Origin: an uncultured virus (IMG/VR IMGVR_UViG_3300025880_000013)
Taxonomy: Duplodnaviria; Heunggongvirae; Uroviricota; Caudoviricetes
Direction: 5' to 3' (one strand)
DNA length: 64,000 nt
IMG/VR virus record: IMGVR_UViG_3300025880_000013
Positions 36,611-46,585 of the stretch are shown here, piece by piece. The translations under genes were made by a program, and so were the position numbers. The stretch's first letter is position 1. Each line of letters opens with the position of its first letter. The notes under the pieces are model-generated. The model ran no database searches, was not told where the DNA came from, and worked only from the letters and a program-made list of their open reading frames with translations.

Positions 36611-37179
36611 TAGCAGTATTTGACGATTTCATAAAAGATGAAACCCTATTAAAAGAGATAGCAGATCAAGGAGATGCTTTCTTCTATCCAACTGGCCAAT
36701 ATACATATTGGAAAGGATGGTGGAGTAACGAACCAAAAACAGTTAAACAAAAACTAATAAAGTATATCTGGAACGATCAGCTACCTGTTCAATTAAATAT
36801 GCAATTAGACGGATTCGAACACTGGACCGGAATTCAAAGAGCAGATCAAGATGGTCGTAGAAATTATTTAGAATTACACTTAGACGATGACGTTATGCTT
36901 AGAGAAAAAACAGGAAATAGAATGTTCCCGGTTTTAGGCTGTGTTTATTATCCTGCTGGTTTTGAATTCGAAGGAGGAGATTTACATATCTATACCGATG
37001 GAGAGGGAAAATCACCAGAGGTTATTAAAACCAGACCAAACAGATTAGTTATATTTAATCCAGGCTCTGTAGTACATGGTGTTGATAAAGTAACATCGGG
37101 TATCAGAGGAGCTATTGCGATTAATGCATGGGCAGAAGAGCCATGGTCAGTCGGACAGGGTCATATTATACTAGAGTAA
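36607..37179 (+). CDS. 2OG-Fe(II) oxygenase (prolyl-hydroxylase-like)
   Basis: HxD (HLD), FEGG.L, NRLVIF, distal H (HGV) and R (IRGAI). Confidence 0.8.
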   Translation: MIAVFDDFIKDETLLKEIADQGDAFFYPTGQYTYWKGWWSNEPKTVKQKLIKYIWNDQLPVQLNMQLDGFEHWTGIQRADQDGRRNYLELHLDDDVMLREKTGNRMFPVLGCVYYPAGFEFEGGDLHIYTDGEGKSPEVIKTRPNRLVIFNPGSVVHGVDKVTSGIRGAIAINAWAEEPWSVGQGHIILE

Positions 37180-37183
37180 GATT

Positions 37184-37210
37184 GAAACTAACTGGGTTAT
37201 ACTAATATAA
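37184..37210 (+). promoter_or_regulatory. GAAAC-N17-TATAA promoter
   Basis: Exact spacing; precedes the helicase operon. Confidence 0.65.
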
Positions 37211-37231
37211 CCTATATACAAAAACAAAAAT

Positions 37232-38545
37232 ATGAAATTCGAAGCAGATAAAGAAAAGATATTTTTTAAACTATCTCTTTCTAAACCTAAATATTTTGAG
37301 ACGATTGATAGATCATTCTATACGTCAGATGATATTGCGCTATTACATACGTTAGCTTCTAAATTTCACTCTAAATTTCATGAAACTCCATCACTAGATC
37401 AAATGACTTCTCTTGTTGGAAACCCTAAGTTTAAGGGTAAGATTGATCAAAACATTATAGATCTAGTATACAAAGTAGATCTGCTACAATACGAAGAAGA
37501 GTGGTTAACTCAAACTACAGAATCTTGGATTAAGTGGAGAAACTTTGAAAGTACTTTAATGGATACGATCGAGTATGTTAAAACAACCGATGTAAATCCT
37601 GAAAATGTAGATAGCATTGTATCTAAGGTAAAGACCTTGATTAATGATAGAAATTCAATCGTATTTAATTCAGATATTGGATTAGATTTCTTTAATGCAG
37701 ATGATCACTACAGTGAAGAGCGTGTTAAAGTAAGTTCAGGTTATAATTTCTTAGATCGAGTACTTGGCGGAGGATATGATAAAGACGGTTCCTTAGTAGT
37801 TTATGTCGGAGAACAAAACATTGGTAAGTCAATCTTTTTAGCTAATGACGCTGCAAATTTTGTAAAGATGGGAGTAAATACTGCTTTTATCTCTGCTGAA
37901 ATGTCAGCCCCTAAAGTCTTAAAAAGAATCGGTGCAAACCTTTTAAGTATTCAAATGAGCGACTATGATGAAAAGGCTAAGAATCGTGATTTAATGAAAA
38001 GAAAGATTGAAACAGTTGGAGATGGATTAACGCCTCCAGGCCAGCTATTCATTAAACAATTCCCAACATCTCAAGCAACTGTTACTGATATAGAAGCTTA
38101 TTTAAAACAAATTGAAGAGGAAAGAAAGATTAAATTAGGTGCAATTGTAATTGATTACATTAACATCTTAGCAAATTTTAGAAATCCAAACAGTGAAAAC
38201 ACATACTTAAAGATTAAGCAAATTGCCGAAGATTTAAGAGCAATGGGAACACGTAACGGTTGGTTAATCGTAACGGCAACTCAGATTAATAGAAATAACT
38301 ATAACTCCAGTGACATTGGAATGGGAGACGTTGCAGAATCTGCAGGCCTATCACACACTGCAGATATGATGTTAGGTATTATACAAGATGACTTAATGCG
38401 ATCTAGTTATGAATATTGGTTAAAAATCCTGAAAATCAGGGACGGTGAAGGTAAAGGAACTAAATGTAAATTAGATATTAATTATAATTACATGAGACTT
38501 ATAGAAACCGATGAAACAACAAACTCAAATATACACAGTTTATAA
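37232..38545 (+). CDS. gp41: Replicative DnaB-like helicase (T4 gp41-like)
   Basis: GEQNIGKS, SAEM, IDYINI, AEDLRA, TATQINR, AESAGL, KIRDG. Confidence 0.92.
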   Translation: MKFEADKEKIFFKLSLSKPKYFETIDRSFYTSDDIALLHTLASKFHSKFHETPSLDQMTSLVGNPKFKGKIDQNIIDLVYKVDLLQYEEEWLTQTTESWIKWRNFESTLMDTIEYVKTTDVNPENVDSIVSKVKTLINDRNSIVFNSDIGLDFFNADDHYSEERVKVSSGYNFLDRVLGGGYDKDGSLVVYVGEQNIGKSIFLANDAANFVKMGVNTAFISAEMSAPKVLKRIGANLLSIQMSDYDEKAKNRDLMKRKIETVGDGLTPPGQLFIKQFPTSQATVTDIEAYLKQIEEERKIKLGAIVIDYINILANFRNPNSENTYLKIKQIAEDLRAMGTRNGWLIVTATQINRNNYNSSDIGMGDVAESAGLSHTADMMLGIIQDDLMRSSYEYWLKILKIRDGEGKGTKCKLDINYNYMRLIETDETTNSNIHSL

Positions 38546-38997
38546 TGTCAACAGGAAGAACAAAAAGAGATAAAATATTCGATAACACGTTCGAAGAAAC
38601 AGAATACGAGTATGACACATCGATGTCTTTCGCTCTCTCACCGAGAGCAGTTGACAATAGATCTGAAGAAGATAAGATCGAAACAAAGTTAATAGCAGAT
38701 GAAATACATGCACTAATTATAAACTCTAGATTTAAGAAATTTAATAAGATTGATGAATTCCACCAAACTATTAAATTAAACAAAATAGATATTAATGAAG
38801 TGTATGAATTTATATCAGATGAAACCAGAGCATCACATTCTCTAGTTGATATATTCTCGGAATTATGTGACTACTTTAATATAAACCCTACTCGATTTTA
38901 TCAATCACTTGGAAACAAATTTAAAGAAGAATTAATTGAAGAGCTAGACGCTCGAACAAATATACTACAGAAGAAGAATATCAATAGATTGTTTTAA
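38545..38997 (+). CDS. Hypothetical protein, possibly late-transcription coactivator gp33-like
   Basis: C-terminal half (VDIFSELCDYFNI....LGNKFKEELIEE...NIL) resembles the gp33 helical pattern; weak. Confidence 0.35.
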   Translation: MSTGRTKRDKIFDNTFEETEYEYDTSMSFALSPRAVDNRSEEDKIETKLIADEIHALIINSRFKKFNKIDEFHQTIKLNKIDINEVYEFISDETRASHSLVDIFSELCDYFNINPTRFYQSLGNKFKEELIEELDARTNILQKKNINRLF

Positions 38998-38998
38998 T

Positions 38999-40114
38999 AT
39001 GATTGAAAGTAAAATCTTAAAGAATCCTGTGAAAAGGATCTGGGTTTTAGGTGATATGCACTTAGGTATCCGATCAAATTCAATGGAATGGTTAGAGATC
39101 CAAAAAGATTTCTATGAAAACGTATTTATACCAACTCTAAAAGAAAAAGTAAGACCAGGTGATGTTTTAATCCAGGTCGGAGATGCTTTTGATAATAGAC
39201 AGAGTATAAATTTAAAAGTATTGAATTATGCTGTAAATCTTTTTGAAAGATTAGGTGAAATTCTACCAACCCATGTTATATGTGGTAACCATGATATCTG
39301 GGCAAAAAAGAGTAATGAAGTTACTTCAATTGATAGTTTAAAATGGATTCCAAATGTTCAGATCTATAAAGAACCTAAGCTTTTTAATTGGGCAGGTAAG
39401 AATGTTTTATTGATGCCATGGAGAAGGGACACTGAACATGAGGTTGAAACTCTTGCAGAATACCCTCAAGCAAATATGGTATTTTGTCATTCAGAAGTTC
39501 GTGGAATTAAACTAAACTCAAAGGTTACAAATCACCATGGTGTTGAAGCAAACTCGTACGATCAATTTGATGGAGTTTGGTCAGGACATATTCATTACCG
39601 ACAGAATAAAGGTAAATTAAGAATGGTTGGTGTTCCATATCAATTAACACGTTCTGATGCAAACAACGCAAAAGGATTTGACCTGATTGACTTGGGTGAC
39701 ATGAGCGAAACTTTCTTCGAGAATGATAGATCACCAAAATTCGTGAAAACGTATCTTACAAGCCTTTACAATGTTACCTTGGGTGAATTTAAAGAGCAGA
39801 TTGAAAATAATTTCGTTGATCTATTCGTACCATCACACGTGGCTGCCAGCAATTCACTTTCTAAATTCATTAATCAAATTCAAAATGTCGGTAGAAAAAT
39901 AGAACCAAACATATACGAACAAGATACTTTTATCGATAAAGATATGTATGATATGGATGAGATCGAGGATATGTATAAGAATTACAATATCTTGCATCTG
40001 TGTAATATGTATATTGATGGTATGTCTAAGGATGATGAAACAAAAGGACAAATCAAAGATAGAATAAAAAGACTGCATGATTTATGTGCATATAATTATG
40101 ATAGTGAAATATGA
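38999..40114 (+). CDS. gp47: Recombination nuclease subunit (gp47 / Mre11-SbcD-like)
   Basis: GDMHLG, GDAFDNR, GNHD, SGHIH metallophosphoesterase motifs. Confidence 0.92.
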   Translation: MIESKILKNPVKRIWVLGDMHLGIRSNSMEWLEIQKDFYENVFIPTLKEKVRPGDVLIQVGDAFDNRQSINLKVLNYAVNLFERLGEILPTHVICGNHDIWAKKSNEVTSIDSLKWIPNVQIYKEPKLFNWAGKNVLLMPWRRDTEHEVETLAEYPQANMVFCHSEVRGIKLNSKVTNHHGVEANSYDQFDGVWSGHIHYRQNKGKLRMVGVPYQLTRSDANNAKGFDLIDLGDMSETFFENDRSPKFVKTYLTSLYNVTLGEFKEQIENNFVDLFVPSHVAASNSLSKFINQIQNVGRKIEPNIYEQDTFIDKDMYDMDEIEDMYKNYNILHLCNMYIDGMSKDDETKGQIKDRIKRLHDLCAYNYDSEI

Positions 40115-41784
40115 GAATACAATCGATAGAGTTTAAGAATTTTGCAAGTTATGGAAATTCAATACAAAAACTAGAGTTTGAAAAAGACAATTCGGAATTA
40201 TTCCTAACACTTGGTAAAAATGGCCATGGTAAAACTACAATTGCAAATGCTATTGTGTTTGCGCTATATGGTAAAGTTGAAGGTGTGAAGATGGCAGACT
40301 TGCCTAATCGTATTAATAAAGAACTTTGGGTTAAGATTAATCTACAGTGTAAAAATACTGAGGTCTCTATTGAAAGAGGATTAGCACCTAGTAAATTCGA
40401 AGTTAAGCTCAATGGCATTGAGTTTGATAAAGCAGGTAAAAGATCAGTTCAAGAATATTTAGAAGAAGAGATCTTTGGCATCCCGTATCATGTATTTAAA
40501 AATATCATTATCCTATCAGTAAATGATTTTAAGTCATTTTTAACAATGACGAATCATGATAAAAAACAAATCATTGATAGAATGTTTGGCTTTTCTATTT
40601 TAAATGAAATGCAACAAAATATCAAAGAAGAGCGTAAAAGTTTAAAGGTTGATTTAGACGTATATGAAAGGGAACTTACACAGTTAAACGAAAATATCAC
40701 TTCAGTTAACATGAAGTTGAATGAGTTGATGGCAGAATCTAATGAAAAAGACAAGGCCAAAATTCAAGAGTTAAAAGATTCTTTAGTTAGATATACAAAC
40801 AATAAAAATAAGCTTGAAAGTGCTCAAACTACTATTTCTGAAAGCCTATCAAAAGTTAATTTAGATTTAAGATCTGCGAATGATGATAAAACAAAACTAA
40901 TATACGAGCTAGAGGCTCTCACTAAGAAGTTAAGCTTGTATGAAAACAACACATGCCCAACATGCGAAGGTGAATTATCAACAGATTTCCACACTGATCG
41001 TAAATCAGAGATAGAAAATAACATTGAAACTCTACCTGCTAAAATTGCTTTAGAAAAAGCAAGAGTAGTGCAAGTAGAAGAAGACTTAGCTGCTCTTCGA
41101 GGTAAAGACCGTGCCGTTCGAGATAAAGTTTCAGTTATTAACACAAATATCAGAAGCCTTAAATCAGAACTAATAAAAATAAAAGATTCACTGAACAATA
41201 GTGACAGCTTTTCACACATGCAATCTTTGATAGATGGTTTTGAATTACAAGAAAAAGAAAAGACAAAATCCAAAACAATAGTTAACAGTGAATATTATTT
41301 TTTAGAAAATCTAGAAGAAATCTTAGGAGAAGATGGTGTTAAAAACCTTGCAATTAAAACAATTCTACCCGGATTAAACACAAACATTGCAGCCATGGCA
41401 CAGACCATGCACTTGCCCTTTCACTTAAGATTCGACGAAAAGTTTAATTGTATTATTAATCATTTAGGTGAAGAAATTAATCCGATGACCCTTTCAACAG
41501 GTGAGCGTAAGAAGGCAGACTTTATAATTATTATCGCAATTATAAAGATATTGAAATTACGTTTTCCACAACTAAACCTACTATTCTTAGATGAATTATT
41601 AAGTTCGGTTGACGCAGATGGAGTTCATAATATTCTTAAGATATTAAGTCAAGTAATTAAAGAGAGCAAAATTAATACATTTGTAATTAACCACTCGGTA
41701 TTACCTCATGAATTGTTTGATAAGAAAATTCAAATCTATAAAGAGAACGGATTTTCTAAATTTGACATAGAAACAATAGAATAA
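40111..41784 (+). CDS. gp46: Recombination ATPase subunit (gp46 / Rad50-SbcC-like)
   Basis: KNFASYGN, GKNGHGKTT, CPTC zinc hook, LSTGE, LDE. Confidence 0.92.
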   Translation: MRIQSIEFKNFASYGNSIQKLEFEKDNSELFLTLGKNGHGKTTIANAIVFALYGKVEGVKMADLPNRINKELWVKINLQCKNTEVSIERGLAPSKFEVKLNGIEFDKAGKRSVQEYLEEEIFGIPYHVFKNIIILSVNDFKSFLTMTNHDKKQIIDRMFGFSILNEMQQNIKEERKSLKVDLDVYERELTQLNENITSVNMKLNELMAESNEKDKAKIQELKDSLVRYTNNKNKLESAQTTISESLSKVNLDLRSANDDKTKLIYELEALTKKLSLYENNTCPTCEGELSTDFHTDRKSEIENNIETLPAKIALEKARVVQVEEDLAALRGKDRAVRDKVSVINTNIRSLKSELIKIKDSLNNSDSFSHMQSLIDGFELQEKEKTKSKTIVNSEYYFLENLEEILGEDGVKNLAIKTILPGLNTNIAAMAQTMHLPFHLRFDEKFNCIINHLGEEINPMTLSTGERKKADFIIIIAIIKILKLRFPQLNLLFLDELLSSVDADGVHNILKILSQVIKESKINTFVINHSVLPHELFDKKIQIYKENGFSKFDIETIE

Positions 41785-41803
41785 TATAGATATATAAAGC
41801 TAT

Positions 41804-42595
41804 ATGGCAAGTTATAATTTAAAATACAATTCAGATGATAGTGTCGTAAGGCATGTCATTATCGGTTTATTAGCTGACTTAAATAATAAAGTTTATTTTT
41901 GGAGACAATTAAACGAAAATGATCGAGTAGCAATTGATGTTCCTTTTTATTATTCAATAACAGGTGACGATCAATTCCTACGTGATAATTTCTTATTTAC
42001 AACAACAACTGGCGTTGACTGTCACCCTGATCAAGCATTTGCAGATGCAAATTATGATGCTGTTCCTAGGGGAGTAGTTAATCTAACAGGAATGTCAATT
42101 GACTCAGGTAAACTAATCAATAAAAGAAACGTTGGTACTTATACTAAGATGAACCAGGAAGGCGCTATGGAAGGGTACTCGACTGAGTTTGAGATGATTC
42201 CTATCACTTTAAGCCTAGATGTTGAAATATTAGTTAGTTCTACATTGGATGCATTTAAGGTTACCGAGATGATTATTAAGAAGTTATATAAATCGAATTC
42301 GTTTAACGTTGAAGTAGGGCATTTAAATGAGGCAACATATCGATTAAATTCGTACTATGCAATGCCAGATGATTATGAAGTACAAAGACCTATTGATTTT
42401 ACGTTCGAAGACAAGGATAAATATAAAATAACCTTTCCAATAGAGATTAACACACATATCCCTTCGTTTGATTGGGAAACAGAAAGACATGTCGGAAATA
42501 GAATGTTTGAGATAAACTCAACTACAATCCCAACTGCTGATTCTAATAATAATACTCCAGGTGAAATCAATGTAATTGACGAAAATACCAAATAA
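41804..42595 (+). CDS. gp15: Tail terminator / sheath stabiliser (gp15-like)
   Basis: VPFYY, PR....L......D..K, IP..L...V.I......DA....E.I pattern; late motif upstream. Confidence 0.6.
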   Translation: MASYNLKYNSDDSVVRHVIIGLLADLNNKVYFWRQLNENDRVAIDVPFYYSITGDDQFLRDNFLFTTTTGVDCHPDQAFADANYDAVPRGVVNLTGMSIDSGKLINKRNVGTYTKMNQEGAMEGYSTEFEMIPITLSLDVEILVSSTLDAFKVTEMIIKKLYKSNSFNVEVGHLNEATYRLNSYYAMPDDYEVQRPIDFTFEDKDKYKITFPIEINTHIPSFDWETERHVGNRMFEINSTTIPTADSNNNTPGEINVIDENTK

Positions 42596-42634
42596 TATAA
42601 AAGATATATAATAAAAATAAAAACAAATTCTAAC

Positions 42635-43387
42635 ATGACGACTAATATTTTAGCCCCATTTGTAAAAACAGAAAATTCTTTCAAATTCTACGTTAACGGT
42701 AGAGTTTTTGAAATGAATAATGATACAATAACAGAAACAGAAACTATTGATTCTACTTTAAGAAATGCTATTACTGCATTTGAATCTTTTGAATTTTCAG
42801 CAAATACAGTAAAGTGGTTCCATGGAGCTTCTAAATTTATTTATAGCTTAACAGAAAATACTTTCAAAGTTGGAGATACTGTTATTGAAAACTTTTCTAA
42901 TCACGTATTATCTAGTGGATTAGTAAGATATGAAAATAAAGCAACTGCAGACCTATTTGAATCATTACCAACAATGGTAGAAAATTTCGTAGCTCTAGAT
43001 TTTGCAGCAACATTCGAAGGAAACAATAATATTGTTAACGTATTTAAAATCGAGGAAAAAGTATATGTTGCTAGATTTAATACAGTAAATAAAATTGCAA
43101 AGTTCTTTGAAGCTACTAACGCAAATGCAGCAGTAGATTTTGTAAATGAACAAACTGGTTTATCAGCTGCTACATTCTTAAATGAATTAGTTACAGGACA
43201 AGCCCAGGAAATTGCACAGAACGAAGCAGTAATCAAGTCTTATAAGGATATGATTGCTTTCTTAAAAGATCAAAGAGGTTTATTAGCAGAGGCTGACAAA
43301 ACAATTTCAGAAATTAAAGCAGCAGATACTTTAATCAATGAAGAAATTGCGACATGGGAAGCTAAGATTGCTGAACTACAAGCGTAA
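42635..43387 (+). CDS. Late-expressed hypothetical (probable virion) protein
   Basis: GATATATA upstream, terminator downstream, C-terminal coiled coil. Confidence 0.55.
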   Translation: MTTNILAPFVKTENSFKFYVNGRVFEMNNDTITETETIDSTLRNAITAFESFEFSANTVKWFHGASKFIYSLTENTFKVGDTVIENFSNHVLSSGLVRYENKATADLFESLPTMVENFVALDFAATFEGNNNIVNVFKIEEKVYVARFNTVNKIAKFFEATNANAAVDFVNEQTGLSAATFLNELVTGQAQEIAQNEAVIKSYKDMIAFLKDQRGLLAEADKTISEIKAADTLINEEIATWEAKIAELQA

Positions 43388-43410
43388 GTTTACAACTACA
43401 TAAAATCATG

Positions 43411-43440
43411 AAAAAGAGATCCTAGCGGATCTCTTTTTTT
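43411..43440 (+). terminator. Intrinsic terminator
   Basis: AAAAAGAGATCC-TAGC-GGATCTCTTTTTTT. Confidence 0.85.
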
Positions 43441-43445
43441 ATTTA

Positions 43446-43472
43446 GAAACAAAACAACAATTAACGGTATAA
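43446..43472 (+). promoter_or_regulatory. GAAAC-N17-TATAA promoter
   Basis: Exact spacing; precedes the late sigma gene. Confidence 0.65.
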
Positions 43473-43497
43473 ATCTAAACAAATTTAAATTAATACT

Positions 43498-43872
43498 GTG
43501 GCTCGTAAAAAAAATTACTTAAACAATAAAGACTTTTATGCACAAATGGTTTTATCCAAAGATGCAGATAAGCTAACTCCAGAAGCTGAGAAGATGTTAA
43601 TTCTTCTAGCTGAGAAAACTATCAATAAAATGAGATATGTCAGCGAAGACGATCGTAATGATTGTTTGCAATTTGCAATGCTAGATCTTCTTAAATATTG
43701 GCGAAACTTTAATCCTAAATATCCAAACGCGTTTGCATACTTTACTGAGATTGCAAAAAGAGGATATGCCAAAGGATGGAATAAGATTCATCCTAAAAAA
43801 TACGGTGGAACTATTTCAATCGGCGGAAACGGCGGCGGAGACGGAGAAGGCGGTGGAATATACACACTATAA
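43498..43872 (+). CDS. gp55: Late-transcription sigma factor (T4 gp55-like; GTG start)
   Basis: NYLNNKDF and NFNP...NAFAYFTEIA motifs. Confidence 0.85.
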   Translation: MARKKNYLNNKDFYAQMVLSKDADKLTPEAEKMLILLAEKTINKMRYVSEDDRNDCLQFAMLDLLKYWRNFNPKYPNAFAYFTEIAKRGYAKGWNKIHPKKYGGTISIGGNGGGDGEGGGIYTL

Positions 43873-44361
43873 ATGTCAATAAAAAATCTCAAACCAACAA
43901 AGAACTCAGGATTCAATCAAGGATATTATGTCCCGGTATTTCCTGAAAAATACATAGGCCCTACTCCGATAATATACAGGAGTTCATGGGAACGTAAGTT
44001 CTGTATTTGGTGTGATATGAATGACAAAGTATTAAAGTGGTCAAGTGAGCCGGTTGAAATTAAATATTGGTCTCGACAAGATTCAAAGGCACATAAGTAT
44101 TATCCGGATTTTTATTTTAAGCAAATACAACAAGACGGCACAGAATTAGAATATATTGTTGAAATAAAACCAAAGGCACAGATAACAAAGCCACAGCCTC
44201 CTAAAACAAATTCTAAGAAAGCTCTTAAATCATATAAGTTTCTTGCAGAACAGTATGTAAAAAATATGGATAAATATAATGCAGCTAAAGAGTTTTGTGA
44301 TGGTAGGAATTATAAATTTATCGTGCTAACTGAAGACACTATATTGAATGGGTTACGTTAA
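43873..44361 (+). CDS. gp4: Head completion nuclease (T4 gp4-like, TnsA-type fold)
   Basis: PEKYIG, YRSSWE, WSSE, YYPDF, EIKP, F.VLTE. Confidence 0.9.
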   Translation: MSIKNLKPTKNSGFNQGYYVPVFPEKYIGPTPIIYRSSWERKFCIWCDMNDKVLKWSSEPVEIKYWSRQDSKAHKYYPDFYFKQIQQDGTELEYIVEIKPKAQITKPQPPKTNSKKALKSYKFLAEQYVKNMDKYNAAKEFCDGRNYKFIVLTEDTILNGLR

Positions 44362-44932
44362 AGATAAAATAAAAGAATTAATCAAAGAGGCGGGTAGTCG
44401 TAAGAAGGCTCGTTCCGTTGCTGAAAGGTGGTTTGACGAAAGTTCAAAGTCTAGAACCTTAAATGAGGTTCAACAGACAAGAAATAGATTTGAACCCGGT
44501 AAAATATATGTATTTGATTACAAACCTGTCACAGAAAACCTCCCGTGGTTCGATGCAAACCCGGTAGTATTGGCAATAGAACATAAAGGAGAAAATGACC
44601 TAGGAATTAATTTAAATCTTTTACCAGTTAATTTTAAGGAACAATTGTTAGAAGACTTATATAATAGAATGGAAGGTCAAATTAAGAATGCAACTTCAGG
44701 TAAAAGATCTGAAAATGCAAACAGACAAGCACCTTTAAGAATAACATATGATGGAATAAAAGCCTATCTTAAAAAAGATGGTTATGATTTTGCAATTAGA
44801 CAATATATACCAAGCGGAAAATCAAGACAAAGTGTAGTTAGTTATACAAGATGGCCTGATATTGCGCTATGCGACTTTATTGAATTAAATGGAACTACGG
44901 TAGCAAATATAAGAAGGCTGTTTTTTAGCTAA
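44348..44932 (+). CDS. gp2: DNA end protector protein (T4 gp2-like)
   Basis: PGKIYVFDYKP, LPWFD..P, GINLNLLP. Confidence 0.75.
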   Translation: MGYVKDKIKELIKEAGSRKKARSVAERWFDESSKSRTLNEVQQTRNRFEPGKIYVFDYKPVTENLPWFDANPVVLAIEHKGENDLGINLNLLPVNFKEQLLEDLYNRMEGQIKNATSGKRSENANRQAPLRITYDGIKAYLKKDGYDFAIRQYIPSGKSRQSVVSYTRWPDIALCDFIELNGTTVANIRRLFFS

Positions 44933-44973
44933 TAAAAACTGAATATATAAATAAATATAATAAAATAATAACA

Positions 44974-46569
44974 ATGGCAGGATTCGTAGATAGAAATGGC
45001 CCTTTAAGTTACAATAAAAAATCGTTTACATTAAGAGATCAACTTAAGAAGTTAAGTTCGTTTGGTATGTATTACGATGATTTAGTACTTAGACAATCAC
45101 AATCGATTGGTCCGATGGAAGATCAAATTGGTTTTGGTCAAATGAACCAAATGGGATTAGATAGTGATGACATGTATGGCGCTTTTGCAGCCCTTTCTAT
45201 GTCAGATACTAACATGCGTAAAAATATCCCTTTCTTTGATCAGGGTTATGAAAATAAGCGTGAAGAATTAAGAGCATTCTCAACATACGATGAAATTGAA
45301 GATATCTTAGATATTTTATGTGATGAGTCGATTGTATATGACAATAAAAACTTTTTCGTAAATCCTGAAATTATCGGGATGGATGTTAGTGAAGATGTAA
45401 ATAAATATTTAAACAAATCGTTTAGAGATATTTACCAATACTTTGGATTTACACAAGATCAATCAGCATGGTATTACTTTAGAAAATTCTTAGTTGATGG
45501 TTATCTTTCTTTTGAGATTATCTATAATCCAGAACAGACTGAAATTATCGGATTTAAAGAAATTGATCCAATTACACTAGTACCTGGATATAACAAAGAA
45601 GATGGTAAGAAAGTTTGGACCCAATTCATGGACGATCCAGTTAAGGAGAGAGTCCTATATGATTCACAGATCATTTATATTTCTTATTCATCTATTACTA
45701 CAGCGTCAAGGGTAAGTTACTTAGAACGTTTAGTAAGATCATTTAACTTGATGAGAATTATGGAACACACTAGAGTAATCTGGGCCGTAACAAACTCATC
45801 TTATAGAATGAAATTTATCATCCCAGTTGGTGGTAAATCTAAAACAAGAGCAAAGCAATCCCTAGCTCAGTTAATGAATAACTATAAAGAGGTTGTAGAT
45901 TTTGATTGGGAATCAGGTACAATGCACACTGATGGAAAGCCAATGCTACAATTTAATAAAGAATACTGGTTACCTTCGAAAGATGGAGAACAGCCTGAAA
46001 TCGAAACACTTGGTGGAGAAGGTCCGGAATTATCAGATACAGAAGCACTTAAATACTTTAGTGATAAACTTAAAGCAGTTTCAAAGATTCCATTTAATAG
46101 ATTTATGTATGAAGACGGTGGTGGAGACTTTAACCTAGCAGCTGATGGTATGATTAGAGATGAAATTAAGTTTTCTAAATTTATCACAAGATTGCGTTCA
46201 GTTTTCCAAGAGATTTTAGTTAAACCATTACACATTCAAATGTGTCTTAAATATCCGGAATTTGCTGATGATGCTGCATTCAAAACACAAATATCTCTAC
46301 AATTCGTAGAAGAAAATATGTTTGCAGAATTAAAGCACATGGAAATCATGGAACGTAGAATACAATTTGTTAGTGAATTAAAAGATTCATTAGTAACTAC
46401 AGATCCAGTAACTATGGAAGAAGAATATTACTTTGATCAAGATTTCTTAGTAGACAGATATTTAAAATTATCACCAGACGATAAAGCAGCTAATGAAGCA
46501 TATAAAGCTAGAAAAGCTGCAAAAGATGCCGAAGAGCCAGAGGTTGATCCGATGGACATGGGAATGTAA
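44974..46569 (+). CDS. gp20: Portal protein (T4 gp20-like)
   Basis: FR.F.VDG, SYLE, YWLP..DG....IETL.G, IPFNR, IRDEIKFSKFI.RLR..F. Confidence 0.92.
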   Translation: MAGFVDRNGPLSYNKKSFTLRDQLKKLSSFGMYYDDLVLRQSQSIGPMEDQIGFGQMNQMGLDSDDMYGAFAALSMSDTNMRKNIPFFDQGYENKREELRAFSTYDEIEDILDILCDESIVYDNKNFFVNPEIIGMDVSEDVNKYLNKSFRDIYQYFGFTQDQSAWYYFRKFLVDGYLSFEIIYNPEQTEIIGFKEIDPITLVPGYNKEDGKKVWTQFMDDPVKERVLYDSQIIYISYSSITTASRVSYLERLVRSFNLMRIMEHTRVIWAVTNSSYRMKFIIPVGGKSKTRAKQSLAQLMNNYKEVVDFDWESGTMHTDGKPMLQFNKEYWLPSKDGEQPEIETLGGEGPELSDTEALKYFSDKLKAVSKIPFNRFMYEDGGGDFNLAADGMIRDEIKFSKFITRLRSVFQEILVKPLHIQMCLKYPEFADDAAFKTQISLQFVEENMFAELKHMEIMERRIQFVSELKDSLVTTDPVTMEEEYYFDQDFLVDRYLKLSPDDKAANEAYKARKAAKDAEEPEVDPMDMGM

Positions 46570-46585
46570 AACAGATATATAAAAA

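Noticed and set aside
43873..44361. TnsA-like transposase or mobile element
   Set aside because: Motifs and position next to gp2 and the portal identify it as the gp4-type head completion nuclease; no terminal repeats are present.
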